Shown here: positions 1-9,976 of the stretch, in pieces
Layout of the letters: each line of letters begins with the position of its first letter
How positions within the stretch are numbered: the first letter of the stretch is position 1
Assembly: GCA_944390335.1 (NCBI GenBank)
Contig: CALXQA010000003.1
Coordinates: forward strand, 1 to 35,054
Source of the DNA: an uncultured Clostridia bacterium
GTDB lineage: Bacteria > Bacillota > Clostridia > TANB77 > CAG-508
DNA length: 35,054 nt
Reading direction: 5' to 3'
The notes under the pieces: generated by a model
Told to the model about the DNA's origin: nothing
The model's database searches: none
Seen by the model: only the letters and a program-made list of their open reading frames with translations
Program-made: the position numbers and the translations under genes

Positions 1-1
1 T

Positions 2-52
2 GTAGATTGGAATTCAATTACATCTCCAAATAATTATGTATTTTTAGATTAA
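2..52 (+). CDS. 3' end of a gene entering from the left (…VDWNSITSPNNYVFLD*), product unknown
   Basis: Open frame to TAA at 50-52, followed directly by a terminator-like hairpin. Confidence 0.4.
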   Translation, partial: VDWNSITSPNNYVFLD

Positions 53-66
53 ATATAACTAAATTT

Positions 67-104
67 AAAAATAGGTGACTTAGTAAAATAAATCACCTAT
101 TTTT
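67..104. terminator. Intrinsic terminator hairpin
   Basis: aaaaataggtga (67-78) / tcacctattttt (93-104) perfect inverted repeat with A/T tails. Confidence 0.7.
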
Positions 105-140
105 ATTTAATTAAAATCACAAAAAAATATTTCTTAATAT

Positions 141-177
141 AAAACCGAGCAAAAAACTTTATTTTCTACTCGGTTTT
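141..177. terminator. Intrinsic terminator downstream of the aldehyde dehydrogenase gene
   Basis: aaaaccgag (141-149) / ctcggtttt (169-177) inverted repeat about 30 nt after the stop codon. Confidence 0.6.
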
Positions 178-208
178 AATATTTTATTTCCTATTATATT
201 AAAAATAA

Positions 209-1642
209 TTATAAAATATTTTTTAATATAATAGTTTTTAATCTACTCATCTCTTGAAGAGTTGTAAGAACTCCTTCATTTCCTATACCACTATGTTTCC
301 ATCCTCCAAAAGGCATTTCAAAAGAACGATAGAAACTTGCTCCATTTACAATTGCACCACCACATTCTAATTTATATGCAATCTTCATTCCTCTTGAATA
401 GTCTTTTGTTATAACATTACCACATAGTCCATATGATGAACTATTTGCTATTTCTATAGCTTCTTCTTCTGTATCAAAACCTATTACAGGTATTACAGGT
501 CCGAATACTTCCATGTCTTTAGCTATTTCCATATCTTTAGTAACATTATCTAGTATAGTTGGATAATAATATGCTCCTTCTCTTTTTCCACCACATACTA
601 ATGTAGCACCTTCTGCAATTGTTTTATTAACATATTCTTCAACTCTTTCTGCTGCTTGAACATTTATAAGTGGTCCCATATCTGTATCCATTTGTGATGG
701 ATCTCCTACTTTAAGTTTTGATATTATTTCTTTCATCCTATCTATAAATTCTTGTTTTCTAGAATTATGTATTAAAAATCTCTTTGATGCACAGCATACT
801 TGTCCACCATTATATAATCTTCCCCATATAGTTTCTTTTACTGCTAAATCCATATCACCATCTTCTAAGAAAATAAATGCATCATTTCCTCCAAGTTCTA
901 GCATAACATGTGTTAAGTTCTTAGAACATGTTCCCATTGTTTGAATACCTGCTGCTGTACTTCCTGTTAATGATACTAAATGTACATCTGGGTTTGCAGC
1001 TAATTCTTGTCCAACAGTTGGTCCATCACCTGTTAATATTTGTATTGTACCTGCTGGAACTCCCGCTTCTATCATTAATTTTACATACTCTATTAATGTA
1101 AGTGGATTATAGTTTGATGGTTTAACTATAATACTATTTCCCATTAAAAGTGCTGGTGGTACTTTTTGACAAAATAAATCACTTGGGAAATTAAATGGTA
1201 GTATTGCAACTACAACACCAATTGGCTGTCTTACTGTTATTTGCATACATTTCTCTTGCCCAGCTTCTTGTCCAGCTGGTATTAATTCATTATATAAATG
1301 TTTAGCCCTTTCAGCAAATGCTTTAGCACCAATTCCAACATTTGCAATTTCTGCAATTGCTTCTCTTATAGGCTTTCCTGTCTCATCTGATAAAAGTTTA
1401 GCAAGCCTATCTTTATTTTTTTCTACTAAATCTACAAACCTATATATGCAATCTGCTCTTTTATGCATAGGAACTTCTGCCCATTTTTTTTGCTCAATTT
1501 TCGCTACACCTACTGCCTCATTTACATCATCTATAGAACAGTTAGGAACAGTATCTATAAGATTTCCTGTTGCAGGATTAGTTACCTCAATTATTTTACC
1601 ATCAGAAGCATTTTTCCAATTATAACCTATTAAATTATTCAT
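209..1642 (-). CDS. NAD(P)-dependent aldehyde dehydrogenase (lactaldehyde dehydrogenase-like)
   Basis: ALDH motifs PFNFP, LTGSTAAG, LELGGND, catalytic GQVCCA, EVFGPV, PFGGWKHSGIG; start moved to ATG 1642 behind AGGAG RBS. Confidence 0.92.
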   Translation of the reverse strand: MNNLIGYNWKNASDGKIIEVTNPATGNLIDTVPNCSIDDVNEAVGVAKIEQKKWAEVPMHKRADCIYRFVDLVEKNKDRLAKLLSDETGKPIREAIAEIANVGIGAKAFAERAKHLYNELIPAGQEAGQEKCMQITVRQPIGVVVAILPFNFPSDLFCQKVPPALLMGNSIIVKPSNYNPLTLIEYVKLMIEAGVPAGTIQILTGDGPTVGQELAANPDVHLVSLTGSTAAGIQTMGTCSKNLTHVMLELGGNDAFIFLEDGDMDLAVKETIWGRLYNGGQVCCASKRFLIHNSRKQEFIDRMKEIISKLKVGDPSQMDTDMGPLINVQAAERVEEYVNKTIAEGATLVCGGKREGAYYYPTILDNVTKDMEIAKDMEVFGPVIPVIGFDTEEEAIEIANSSSYGLCGNVITKDYSRGMKIAYKLECGGAIVNGASFYRSFEMPFGGWKHSGIGNEGVLTTLQEMSRLKTIILKNIL

Positions 1643-1684
1643 ACCTTTTCTCCTTATAATCATATTTGGGTCTTCCCCATCTCT

Positions 1685-2851
1685 TCATTTAGAAAATGCT
1701 GTAAATGAAAGCATTAAACCTCCACAAGTATTTAATCCATGCTCTTTAGAACCATATTCTCCAAATGTAAATATAGTAATAAAAGGAACTCCTTTTGCTT
1801 CTTTCTTTAATAATTTTGCAACTTCATCAATTCTATCACCAATACCAAGTCTTCTTCCACCACAATGAACTAAAAGATATGCTCCAATATCACCATCCAT
1901 TTCTTTATTTAGTTCTTTCATAGTATCTCCTGTAGAACTTATAAGCTCATCTACACTTGATTTCATTTGAATAACTGCAGTATTTTCAGCTAAATTATTT
2001 CCAATATTCATTGAATAATCTGGATTACCTTGCATTGGATGACGAATTGCAACTAAATCACCTAATCTATCTTTAACACCTAAAGGTGCTGTTATAGTTT
2101 GAACTAATAAGTTGCCACCTTCTAAATCTTTAATTTTCTTACCTGTCCAAGTAGCGTATTTCTTTAATGCTGGTACCCCATCTATTTCAACTAAAGTTCT
2201 TTTTCCCTTTATTTTTGTTATAATACCAACATTTTCAGACTCATGATATGCTCCTGTGTATACATTTGCCATCTTTTTATTTGTATAGAAAAAGGCAACT
2301 GCTACACCATCTGAAAATACTTTGTCATCTGCAAATATACTCCATTTGCCTTCTACAGTATTATCAGCCGCACTGCCTCCAAAGAAAGGCACTCTACCTA
2401 TAACATCTTGAATACCTTTTAAATAATCTTCTTCTTCACCTGGTGATGCTACCATATAAAAATATACTGGTGCAAAATCTACTCCCGCTTTCTTAATAGC
2501 TTCTTTTGCAACTTCTCTTCCTGTTTCTCTTGCTGTCTTTTGTTTTTTACTTCCTGCAACTCCTACAACTGTATCTGGATCACCTATAGCAAGCATTCCT
2601 ACAAAGCCATTATCTGATGAGATAAATCCATCTGGAACAATTATTCCAGCACTTGATGTACAACCTATAACTGGTGCAGTACCAAGTTCGTCTCTAACAC
2701 CCTCTAATACTTTTTTAACATCATTATCAACTGATGTATATAAAAATGCGACCTTTGTTTGAACAAGGTCATTTGCGGCCTTTTTAGCAGTAGCCTTACC
2801 TGCGTTATAACTATCTTTATCTGTGCTCCAAGCAACATTTGATTTAAGCAT
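1685..2851 (-). CDS. Stand-alone FIST-domain protein (paralog 1)
   Basis: FIST hallmarks IGCTSSAG, FFGGSAAD, HCGGR, FTFGEYG; AAAGGAGG RBS. Confidence 0.85.
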   Translation of the reverse strand: MLKSNVAWSTDKDSYNAGKATAKKAANDLVQTKVAFLYTSVDNDVKKVLEGVRDELGTAPVIGCTSSAGIIVPDGFISSDNGFVGMLAIGDPDTVVGVAGSKKQKTARETGREVAKEAIKKAGVDFAPVYFYMVASPGEEEDYLKGIQDVIGRVPFFGGSAADNTVEGKWSIFADDKVFSDGVAVAFFYTNKKMANVYTGAYHESENVGIITKIKGKRTLVEIDGVPALKKYATWTGKKIKDLEGGNLLVQTITAPLGVKDRLGDLVAIRHPMQGNPDYSMNIGNNLAENTAVIQMKSSVDELISSTGDTMKELNKEMDGDIGAYLLVHCGGRRLGIGDRIDEVAKLLKKEAKGVPFITIFTFGEYGSKEHGLNTCGGLMLSFTAFSK

Positions 2852-2882
2852 AATTCATTCCTCCTTTGTTATACTTTTACTC

Positions 2883-2911
2883 ATTATATTTTAATTCGAC
2901 TTTTTTTTCAA
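2883..2911 (-). promoter_or_regulatory. Sigma-A promoter for FIST1-ALDH
   Basis: TTGAAA-17 nt-TATAAT on the minus strand. Confidence 0.6.
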
Positions 2912-2960
2912 TAGTTTTTATTTAAAATAATTTAATAAATTTTTATATTAAATATATAAA

Positions 2961-2989
2961 GCAGATACTTTATAAACCAAAATATCTGC
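2961..2989 (-). terminator. Probable terminator after the flavin reductase gene
   Basis: gcagata / tatctgc inverted repeat just after the stop codon. Confidence 0.45.
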
Positions 2990-3004
2990 CTTATCTTAAT
3001 ACAA

Positions 3005-3571
3005 TTATTTTTTAAGTTTCAGACCATCTTGAAATGCATTTCCAACTCTTTCAGTAACTCTGTAATATCCATGAGTATATGGATCAAATGCAATAGCATT
3101 AACTAACTCAATATCAACATTTTCTCCTCTCATAACATTTTCATCAGCTGTTACATTAACAACTTTACCTACTACACCACAACCATACTCATCATCTTGG
3201 TATTCTATAAACTCACATTCAATGCAAATAGGAAACTCATTTATAATCGGTGCATCTACATTTTCTGATTTAGTTGCTGTAAGTCCACTGTTTTCAAACT
3301 TATTAGGAGTGTTATTACCAGATACAACTCCAAAATAATCAGCTTCTACAACATGCTTACTATCTGCTATACTAACTGTAAAAGCCTTTCTTTGCTTAAT
3401 ATTTTTAACAGTTTTGTGTGTTTCTGTTAAGTTAAGTATTACTTGATTTCTAGATAACATCGTACCCCAAGCAGCATTCATTACATCAATACTTCCATCT
3501 TCATTATATGTTGCAATCATCAATACTGGCATTGGAAATATTGATTCTGTATTATTTATATTTTTTCTCAT
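3005..3571 (-). CDS. Flavin reductase family (flavoredoxin-like) protein
   Basis: FPMPVLMIATY, MNAAWG, DYFGVVSG, APIINEFPICIEC motifs; AAGGAGG RBS. Confidence 0.88.
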   Translation of the reverse strand: MRKNINNTESIFPMPVLMIATYNEDGSIDVMNAAWGTMLSRNQVILNLTETHKTVKNIKQRKAFTVSIADSKHVVEADYFGVVSGNNTPNKFENSGLTATKSENVDAPIINEFPICIECEFIEYQDDEYGCGVVGKVVNVTADENVMRGENVDIELVNAIAFDPYTHGYYRVTERVGNAFQDGLKLKK

Positions 3572-3627
3572 ATATACCTCCTTTACTTTAAAAATTATAT
3601 TACTATATAATATCTTTGTAAAGTACT

Positions 3628-3990
3628 TTATTTAAATTGCTTATTCCAAGTCTTTTTATTACATTTAAGAAATTTCATATATCTTATTTTTCCTGAATAC
3701 ATTGCAAATAAAACTAGTTTGTAACTAGGCATATATTTATACTTACAATTATCATATTCATAATCCCCAGCTTTTTTTAATCAAAAAAATCTTACTATTA
3801 CTACTATAAAATTATATAGCTAATATCAATTGTAATTATTTTACATATATTACTTACATATAATATTTTCTATTTCAAATATTGATAAAACTATCATTGA
3901 CAACAATTCTACTATTATAAGACTTATCATTATTGTTTCCGAAGTACTTAATTTATATCACTATTTTTTTGTAACTTAATAAAATTCTCC
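3628..3990 (-). pseudogene. Decayed membrane protein with a C-terminal Zn-ribbon-like segment
   Basis: 3780-3628 reads LKKAGDYEYDNCKYKYMPSYKLVLFAMYSGKIRYMKFLKCNKKTWNKQFK* with no start; an upstream hydrophobic fragment is broken by stops; orphan GAGGAG near 3990. Confidence 0.45.
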
Positions 3991-4039
3991 TCTATTTTTT
4001 TATCATATATTGATAATTTCATTAATATTTCATAAAATA

Positions 4040-4068
4040 TTGTTAATTTATGTATATTAGTGTATAAT
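4040..4068 (+). promoter_or_regulatory. Sigma-A promoter for asnS
   Basis: TTGTTA-17 nt-TATAAT. Confidence 0.5.
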
Positions 4069-4104
4069 ATGTGTATTATATTTTAAAAAGAGGAGTTGAT
4101 AATT

Positions 4105-5493
4105 ATGAAAAGTACATTAGTAAAAGATTTATACAAGAAAACAGGTGATTATATAAATAATAATGTACAAATTGCCGGTTGGGTTAGAACAGTACGCTCA
4201 TCTAAGAATTTTGGATTTATTGAATTAAATGACGGTTCTTTTTTTAAGAACTTACAAATTGTATTTGACAATAATTTAAGTAATTTTGAAGAAATAAATA
4301 AGCTTACAATAAGTTCATCTATTATAGTAAATGGAAAAGTGGTAAAAACAGAAAATGCAAAACAACCATTTGAAATTCATGCAGAAAATATACAAATATA
4401 TAATTTAGCAGATACTAGTTATCCTATTCAAAAGAAAAATACTTCATTTGAATTCTTAAGAACTCAGGCACACCTTCGTCCTAGAACAAATACATTTAAT
4501 GCAGTATTTAGGGTGCGTAGTATATTATCTTATGCAATTCATAAATATTTTCAAGAAAGAAATTTTGTATATGTACACACACCTATTATAACAGGAAGTG
4601 ACTGTGAAGGTGCTGGAGAAATGTTTAATGTATCATCATTTGACTTTGCAAATATTCCAACACAAAACGGTCAAGTTGATTTTTCAAAAGACTTTTTTGG
4701 AAAAAATTCACACTTAACAGTTAGTGGACAATTAGAAGCAGAAACATATGCAACAGCATTTAGAAATGTATATACATTCGGTCCTACATTTAGAGCAGAA
4801 AATTCTAATACAGTAAAACATGCTGCTGAATTTTGGATGATAGAACCAGAAATATGTTTTGCAGATTTAAATGATGACATGGATTTAGCAGAAGATATGT
4901 GTAAATACATTACATCTTATGTTTTAGAAAATGCAAAAGAAGAAATGGAATTCTTTGATAAATTTATAGCACCAGGTTTACTAGATAAACTAAAAATTAC
5001 TGTAAATGAACCATTTGGAAGAATAAGCTATACAGATGCTATAAAAGAACTAGAAAAACATAATGATGAATTCGAATATAAAGTATCTTGGGGTGTAGAT
5101 ATACAAACAGAACATGAAAGATTTTTAAGTGAGAAAATATTTAAAAAGCCTGTGTTTGTATATGATTATCCAAAAGACATAAAAGCATTTTATATGAAGC
5201 AAAATGATGATGGAAAAACAGTTGCTGCTGCTGATATGTTAGTTCCAGGAATTGGAGAACTTATTGGAGGTAGCCAAAGAGAAGAAGATATTAATAAATT
5301 AAAAACTCGAATGAAAGAATTAAATTTAGATGAAAAAGATTATTGGTGGTATTTAGATTTAAGAAAATATGGAAGCGTAGAACATTCAGGTTTTGGTATA
5401 GGTTTTGAAAGACTAATGATGTTTATAACAGGTATGCAAAATATACGAGATGTTATTCCATATCCAAGAACACCAAAAAATTGTGAATTTTAA
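4105..5493 (+). CDS. asnS: Asparagine--tRNA ligase
   Basis: [57 protein letters not shown]; start ATG 4105 after GAGGAG. Confidence 0.97.
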   Translation: MKSTLVKDLYKKTGDYINNNVQIAGWVRTVRSSKNFGFIELNDGSFFKNLQIVFDNNLSNFEEINKLTISSSIIVNGKVVKTENAKQPFEIHAENIQIYNLADTSYPIQKKNTSFEFLRTQAHLRPRTNTFNAVFRVRSILSYAIHKYFQERNFVYVHTPIITGSDCEGAGEMFNVSSFDFANIPTQNGQVDFSKDFFGKNSHLTVSGQLEAETYATAFRNVYTFGPTFRAENSNTVKHAAEFWMIEPEICFADLNDDMDLAEDMCKYITSYVLENAKEEMEFFDKFIAPGLLDKLKITVNEPFGRISYTDAIKELEKHNDEFEYKVSWGVDIQTEHERFLSEKIFKKPVFVYDYPKDIKAFYMKQNDDGKTVAAADMLVPGIGELIGGSQREEDINKLKTRMKELNLDEKDYWWYLDLRKYGSVEHSGFGIGFERLMMFITGMQNIRDVIPYPRTPKNCEF

Positions 5494-5639
5494 ATCAACC
5501 AATGGGGACGGGCCTTTTTGGTTGAAAATCCATAAATAAAAAATACAAGTATATTTTTATAACTTGTATTTTTTATTTATTTATAAGCATTTATGAGACA
5601 TCTTTCAACCAAAAAGGCCCGTCCCCATTGGTTGATTTA
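5491..5639. repeat. Perfect 37-bp inverted repeat pair (5491-5527 / 5603-5639) spanning a convergent intergenic region
   Basis: taaatcaaccaatggggacgggcctttttggttgaaa and its exact reverse complement; each arm has an internal TCAACCAA/TTGGTTGA palindrome. Confidence 0.9.
5532..5580. terminator. Bidirectional terminator between asnS and the alcohol dehydrogenase gene
   Basis: 19-bp perfect stem ataaataaaaaatacaagt / acttgtattttttatttat with an 11-nt loop. Confidence 0.75.
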
Positions 5640-6794
5640 CCATGCTTTATTATATAGCATAATAAAATCTTCCTTAGTTACATCTCTTGGATTTCCTGGT
5701 TTACATGGGTCTTCCATTGCTTTTTCTGCAAGCATATCAAAATCTTCTTTTCTTGCTCCTACATCTTTTACAGTTTGTGTAATTCCTACATCATGTGATA
5801 ATGTTTTTATACATTCACAAAATGTTTTTATTACTTCTTCTTTTGTAAATTCAGTAGCATCTATATGCATTGCTTCTGTAAGTATTTTTCTAAATTCCTC
5901 ATAACTTACTTCTCCATTAAATTCCATTACTGTTGGAAGTAATATTGCATTTGCTAGTCCATGTGGTGTATCATACACTGCTCCTAATTGATGTGCCATT
6001 GAGTGTACTATTCCAAGTCCTACATTTGAAAATGCCATTCCTGCTATATATTGGCCTAGTCCTACTTTGTTTATAGCATCTTGATCTTTATCATTTACTG
6101 CTTTTTCTAAATTATCATATATTAATTGTATTGCTTTCATTGAAAACATTTGTGACATTATATTTCTAGATTTTGTAATATATCCTTCAATAGCATGTGT
6201 TAACGCGTCCATTCCTGTAGATGATGCAACTGATTTTGGCATTGACGCCATTAGTTCTGTATCTACTATTGCTATAATTGGTATATCATGTTCATCTACA
6301 CATACCATTTTTATTTCTCTTTCTGGGTCTGTTATTACATAATTTATTGTTACTTCTGCTGCTGTTCCCGCTGTTGTTGGTAATGCTATTATTGGAAGTC
6401 CTTTATTTTTTGTATTAGATGCACCATTTAGTGACACTACATCTTCTCTATCAGGGTTTGTCATTATTATACTAATTCCTTTTGCTGTATCTATACTTGA
6501 ACCTCCACCTACTGCAACTATTAAGTCGCATTTTTCATTTCTGCACATTTTTACTCCTGCTAATACATTTTCTATTGGTGGGTTTGGTTTTACATCATGG
6601 TATAATACATAATTTATACTATTTGCTTCTAGTAAATCTGTTATTTTTGAACTTACTCCTGCTTTATATAATGACTCATCTGTTACTACTAAAACTTTTT
6701 TAAATCCTCTATTTTTTATCTCTTCTGGTAAAACTTTTCTTGCTCCCTCCCCAAAATATGAAGTTTCATTTAACACGAATTTTTCAATTTCCAT
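5637..6794 (-). CDS. fucO: Iron-containing alcohol dehydrogenase, lactaldehyde reductase-like
   Basis: GGGSSIDTAK, PTTAGTAAEVTINYVITD, GMDALTHAIEG, GLGIVHSMAH, HGLANA, GNPR; N-terminus FVLNETSYFG typical of FucO. Confidence 0.85.
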   Translation of the reverse strand: MEIEKFVLNETSYFGEGARKVLPEEIKNRGFKKVLVVTDESLYKAGVSSKITDLLEANSINYVLYHDVKPNPPIENVLAGVKMCRNEKCDLIVAVGGGSSIDTAKGISIIMTNPDREDVVSLNGASNTKNKGLPIIALPTTAGTAAEVTINYVITDPEREIKMVCVDEHDIPIIAIVDTELMASMPKSVASSTGMDALTHAIEGYITKSRNIMSQMFSMKAIQLIYDNLEKAVNDKDQDAINKVGLGQYIAGMAFSNVGLGIVHSMAHQLGAVYDTPHGLANAILLPTVMEFNGEVSYEEFRKILTEAMHIDATEFTKEEVIKTFCECIKTLSHDVGITQTVKDVGARKEDFDMLAEKAMEDPCKPGNPRDVTKEDFIMLYNKAW

Positions 6795-6881
6795 TATTTT
6801 ATTTCCTCCTTATCCATTATCAATATGTACTTTTTTATTTTATTTTTTCTTATTTTTTATTATTTTACTTAATAAATCTTA

Positions 6882-8045
6882 TTATTTACAAAAAGCTGTA
6901 AATGAAAGCATTAATCCTCCCATATTATTTGCCTCATGTTCATATCTTCCATATTCTCCAAATGTAAATGGCATTATATATGGCACATTTCCTACTTCTT
7001 CTTTTAACAGATTGTTTACTTCTTCTATCCTATTTCCTATAGCTATTTTTCTTCCTCCGCAATGTATAAATAGGTATGCTGCTGGCTCTGCTTTTAATTT
7101 TCTTTTTAAATCTCTTAGTGTTAATTTTGGTGCCTTTATTAATTCATCTAAACTTGCTTGCATTTGTATTGCTGCTGTATTTACAGCTAAATCATTTCCT
7201 AAGTTTATAGAATAATCTGAATTTCCTGCCATCGGATGTCTAATTAGAGTTATATTTCCTGTTGGTGTTTTTATTCCTATTGGTTTTAATATTGATGCTG
7301 TTAGTATTTTATCTCCCATAAGTTCTCTTGTTTTTATTTTTGTCCATTCTGAATATTTCTTCATTGCTGGCATATTATCTATTTCTTCTAATGTTCTTTT
7401 TCCTCTTATTTTTGTAATTATTCCTGCATTTACTGTTTCATGATATCTTCCTGTATATTCATTTACTAATTTTTTATTAGTATAGAAAAATGCAACTGCT
7501 ACACCTTCTGAAAATACTTTATCTGAAGTGAATATCCTCCATTTTCCAGATAAGTCATTATCAGCACAGCTTCCTCCAAACATCGGTACATCTCCTATTA
7601 TATCTTGTATACCTTTTGCATATTCTTCTTCTTCTCCAGGGGTTGCTATCATAAAAAAGTATGAAGGTGAAAATGTAGTACCAACTTTATTCATTGCATC
7701 TATTGCAACTTTTCTTCCAGTTTCTCTTGCAGTAAATAGCTTTTTTTCACCTGCTACTCCTACTGCTGTATCTGGATCTCCTATAGCAAGCATTCCTGCA
7801 AAGCCATGCTCACTTGTTATATATCCGTCTGGTACTAATAACCCTCCATTTGATGTACATCCTATAATTGGTGCTGTTCCTAATTCTTCTTTTGCACCAC
7901 CTATTAATTTTTGCTCATTATAATCTACTGAACTAAATAAAAAGGCAACTTTAGTTTGAACTAAATCTAAAACTGCTTTTTTTGCACAAGCTTTTCCAGC
8001 TAAATATGCATCTTCATCTGTACTCCATGCTACATTTGCTTTCAT
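6882..8045 (-). CDS. Stand-alone FIST-domain protein (paralog 2)
   Basis: Collinear with 1685-2851 (NVAWSTD, DLVQTKVAFL, HCGGR, FTFGEYG, GGLMLSFTAF); start ATG 8045 after AAAGGAGG. Confidence 0.85.
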   Translation of the reverse strand: MKANVAWSTDEDAYLAGKACAKKAVLDLVQTKVAFLFSSVDYNEQKLIGGAKEELGTAPIIGCTSNGGLLVPDGYITSEHGFAGMLAIGDPDTAVGVAGEKKLFTARETGRKVAIDAMNKVGTTFSPSYFFMIATPGEEEEYAKGIQDIIGDVPMFGGSCADNDLSGKWRIFTSDKVFSEGVAVAFFYTNKKLVNEYTGRYHETVNAGIITKIRGKRTLEEIDNMPAMKKYSEWTKIKTRELMGDKILTASILKPIGIKTPTGNITLIRHPMAGNSDYSINLGNDLAVNTAAIQMQASLDELIKAPKLTLRDLKRKLKAEPAAYLFIHCGGRKIAIGNRIEEVNNLLKEEVGNVPYIMPFTFGEYGRYEHEANNMGGLMLSFTAFCK

Positions 8046-8065
8046 TTGTATCCTCCTTTGTATAA

Positions 8066-8281
8066 TTATAATATAATATCTTCCCATCCGTTTACCATGT
8101 CATTTACTTTTTCTTCTGTATCTATTTGATGGTTATAATAACTATTTTCCATATCTTTAATTGATTCTATTGTTGGACTGTCTGTTAATGATACATTTAC
8201 TACTACTCCTGCTAAGATTATTAATACTATTATTGTTATAACTAATGATAACAATGTTACACCTTTTTCAGTTTTTTTCAT
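8066..8281 (-). CDS. Small protein with a type IV prepilin-like N-terminus (71 aa)
   Basis: MKKTEKG|VTLLSLVITIIVLIILAGVVV class III signal-like leader lacking Glu+5; AGGAGG RBS. Confidence 0.75.
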   Translation of the reverse strand: MKKTEKGVTLLSLVITIIVLIILAGVVVNVSLTDSPTIESIKDMENSYYNHQIDTEEKVNDMVNGWEDIIL

Positions 8282-8312
8282 AAGTAAATGCCTCCTAATT
8301 ATTGTATTTTTA

Positions 8313-8657
8313 CTACAATACATCTTTTATACTACTTCCTATTATTTTATTTATGTCTATCATCATTTGATTAAATGCTATTTCATAATCAAAATATTCC
8401 TTAATATCCTTATTTTCTATTAAAACATTATACATTTTAACCAACTTTTCTTTTTTGTCTTTTTCATCAATTTCTTTATTTTCTTGTCTTTTTATTTCCA
8501 TTAATTGTACTTCTTTTTTTAATTCTTCAAATTCTATTATCATTTGTCTTTTATTTGCATCATTCATTAATGCTTCTTTTGCTTTTTTTAAGTTTAAATA
8601 TTGTTTTGATTCTTTTATTTCTCTTGCTAACTTATTTGCTACATCATATACTTCCAT
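8313..8657 (-). CDS. YlbF/YmcA family regulator
   Basis: VYDVANKLAREIKES…Y start and FNQMMIDINKII end; about 114 aa helical protein. Confidence 0.8.
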   Translation of the reverse strand: MEVYDVANKLAREIKESKQYLNLKKAKEALMNDANKRQMIIEFEELKKEVQLMEIKRQENKEIDEKDKKEKLVKMYNVLIENKDIKEYFDYEIAFNQMMIDINKIIGSSIKDVL

Positions 8658-8683
8658 ATATATTTTTACCTTTCTTTAATATA

Positions 8684-9976
8684 TTATGCATATGCACTTC
8701 TTTTTCTGAAAGTTAATAGGTTTGATAATTCTTTTGTAGAATTTTGTGTTTTTGTAGCTTTTTCTGCTTTTTCTTGTGCTATCTTTTCTGCTTGTTTTTG
8801 TGCTTCTGTTTGACATATTGCTTGTTCATATACATAATGTGTATCTTGTGCTATTTTATTCCAGCTGTATAGTTCTTTTACTTTTTTTACTGCATTTTTT
8901 GATACTGCACTACATAGTTTTGCATCAAATAGTAATGCTAAAACTGAGTCTGCTATAGAGTTTGAGTTACCTGCATAACTCTTCATTCCATCTACTCCAT
9001 GTTCTACAATTTCATTTAATCCTCCTACATCTGATACAACTGTTGGAATTCCTGCAAGCATTGCTTCTAATGCTACTATTCCAAATGGTTCATATGTACT
9101 TGGAAATACTGCTATATCTGCACATTTATACATTTTTTGTACTTTTTTAGAATCACAATATCCTGCAAAGTACACTTTGTTTTCTATTCCTAAATTTCTA
9201 GCTTCTTGTTTAAGTTCGTCCATCATTCCGCCTTTTCCACATATTACTAGTTTAGCATCATGATAATTACTTAATATCTTAGGCATAGCTCCTATTAAAT
9301 TTTGTATTCCTTTCTCATATACAAGTCTCCCTACATAAAGTATAATTTTTTCATTGTCCATTGCAAATTGTCTTCTAAAATCATAATCTCTTTCTACTCC
9401 TGTGAAATTAGATAAGTTAATTCCATTAGGTATCACATTTATTTTTTCAAAAGGAAGTCCAAATATTCTTTGTAATTCTCCTTTCATATAATTACTATTT
9501 ACTATTACTTCTGTAGATTCATATGTAAGAAGCCATTCTGTATCATTTATATATCTTTGTGTCTCATCATGTATTCCACTATTTCTACCATTTTCTGTTG
9601 CGTGTATTGTTGATACTATAGGTATATTATATGACTCTTTTAATGCTTTAGCAGCATATGCAACTAACCAATCATGAGCATGTATTACATCAAATTTTCC
9701 TTCTTTTGAAATAAGTTCATTTGCTTTAGCAAGCATATTAAAATTAAGTTGCATTATCCAATCTATAAAGTTATTAGGGTGGATCATATAATTATCTACT
9801 CTATATACTTTTACGCCTTTATCGTCTTCAAAATATGGGGCATTTCCATCTTTATATGTTACTACAGTAACATCATGCCCGTCTTTTATCATTCTATGTG
9901 ACAGGTCATGTACAACTCTTGCTATTCCTCCTACTATTCTTGGTGGATATTCCCACGTTAGCATCAAAATTTTCAT
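8684..9976 (-). CDS. Glycosyltransferase family 4 (alpha-glucan synthase-like)
   Basis: MKILMLTWEYPP, HAHDW, TIHATE, VGRLVYEKG, PSTYEPFGIVALEAM; start moved to ATG 9976. Confidence 0.9.
   Translation of the reverse strand: MKILMLTWEYPPRIVGGIARVVHDLSHRMIKDGHDVTVVTYKDGNAPYFEDDKGVKVYRVDNYMIHPNNFIDWIMQLNFNMLAKANELISKEGKFDVIHAHDWLVAYAAKALKESYNIPIVSTIHATENGRNSGIHDETQRYINDTEWLLTYESTEVIVNSNYMKGELQRIFGLPFEKINVIPNGINLSNFTGVERDYDFRRQFAMDNEKIILYVGRLVYEKGIQNLIGAMPKILSNYHDAKLVICGKGGMMDELKQEARNLGIENKVYFAGYCDSKKVQKMYKCADIAVFPSTYEPFGIVALEAMLAGIPTVVSDVGGLNEIVEHGVDGMKSYAGNSNSIADSVLALLFDAKLCSAVSKNAVKKVKELYSWNKIAQDTHYVYEQAICQTEAQKQAEKIAQEKAEKATKTQNSTKELSNLLTFRKRSAYA

Noticed and set aside
1664-1680. Short tggg/ccca hairpin resembling the 5491 repeat core
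   Set aside because: Only about 7 nt of similarity; too weak to call
4040-4104. T-box riboswitch ahead of asnS (and alaS)
   Set aside because: Predicted promoters lie only about 40 nt from the start codons and no T-box consensus is present
4510-4512. AGG as a second recoded codon
   Set aside because: In-frame AGG encodes the conserved Arg in asnS AVFRVRS with no frame disruption, and it occurs in other intact genes
5491-5639. CRISPR array
   Set aside because: Only two copies, inverted rather than direct; no cas genes
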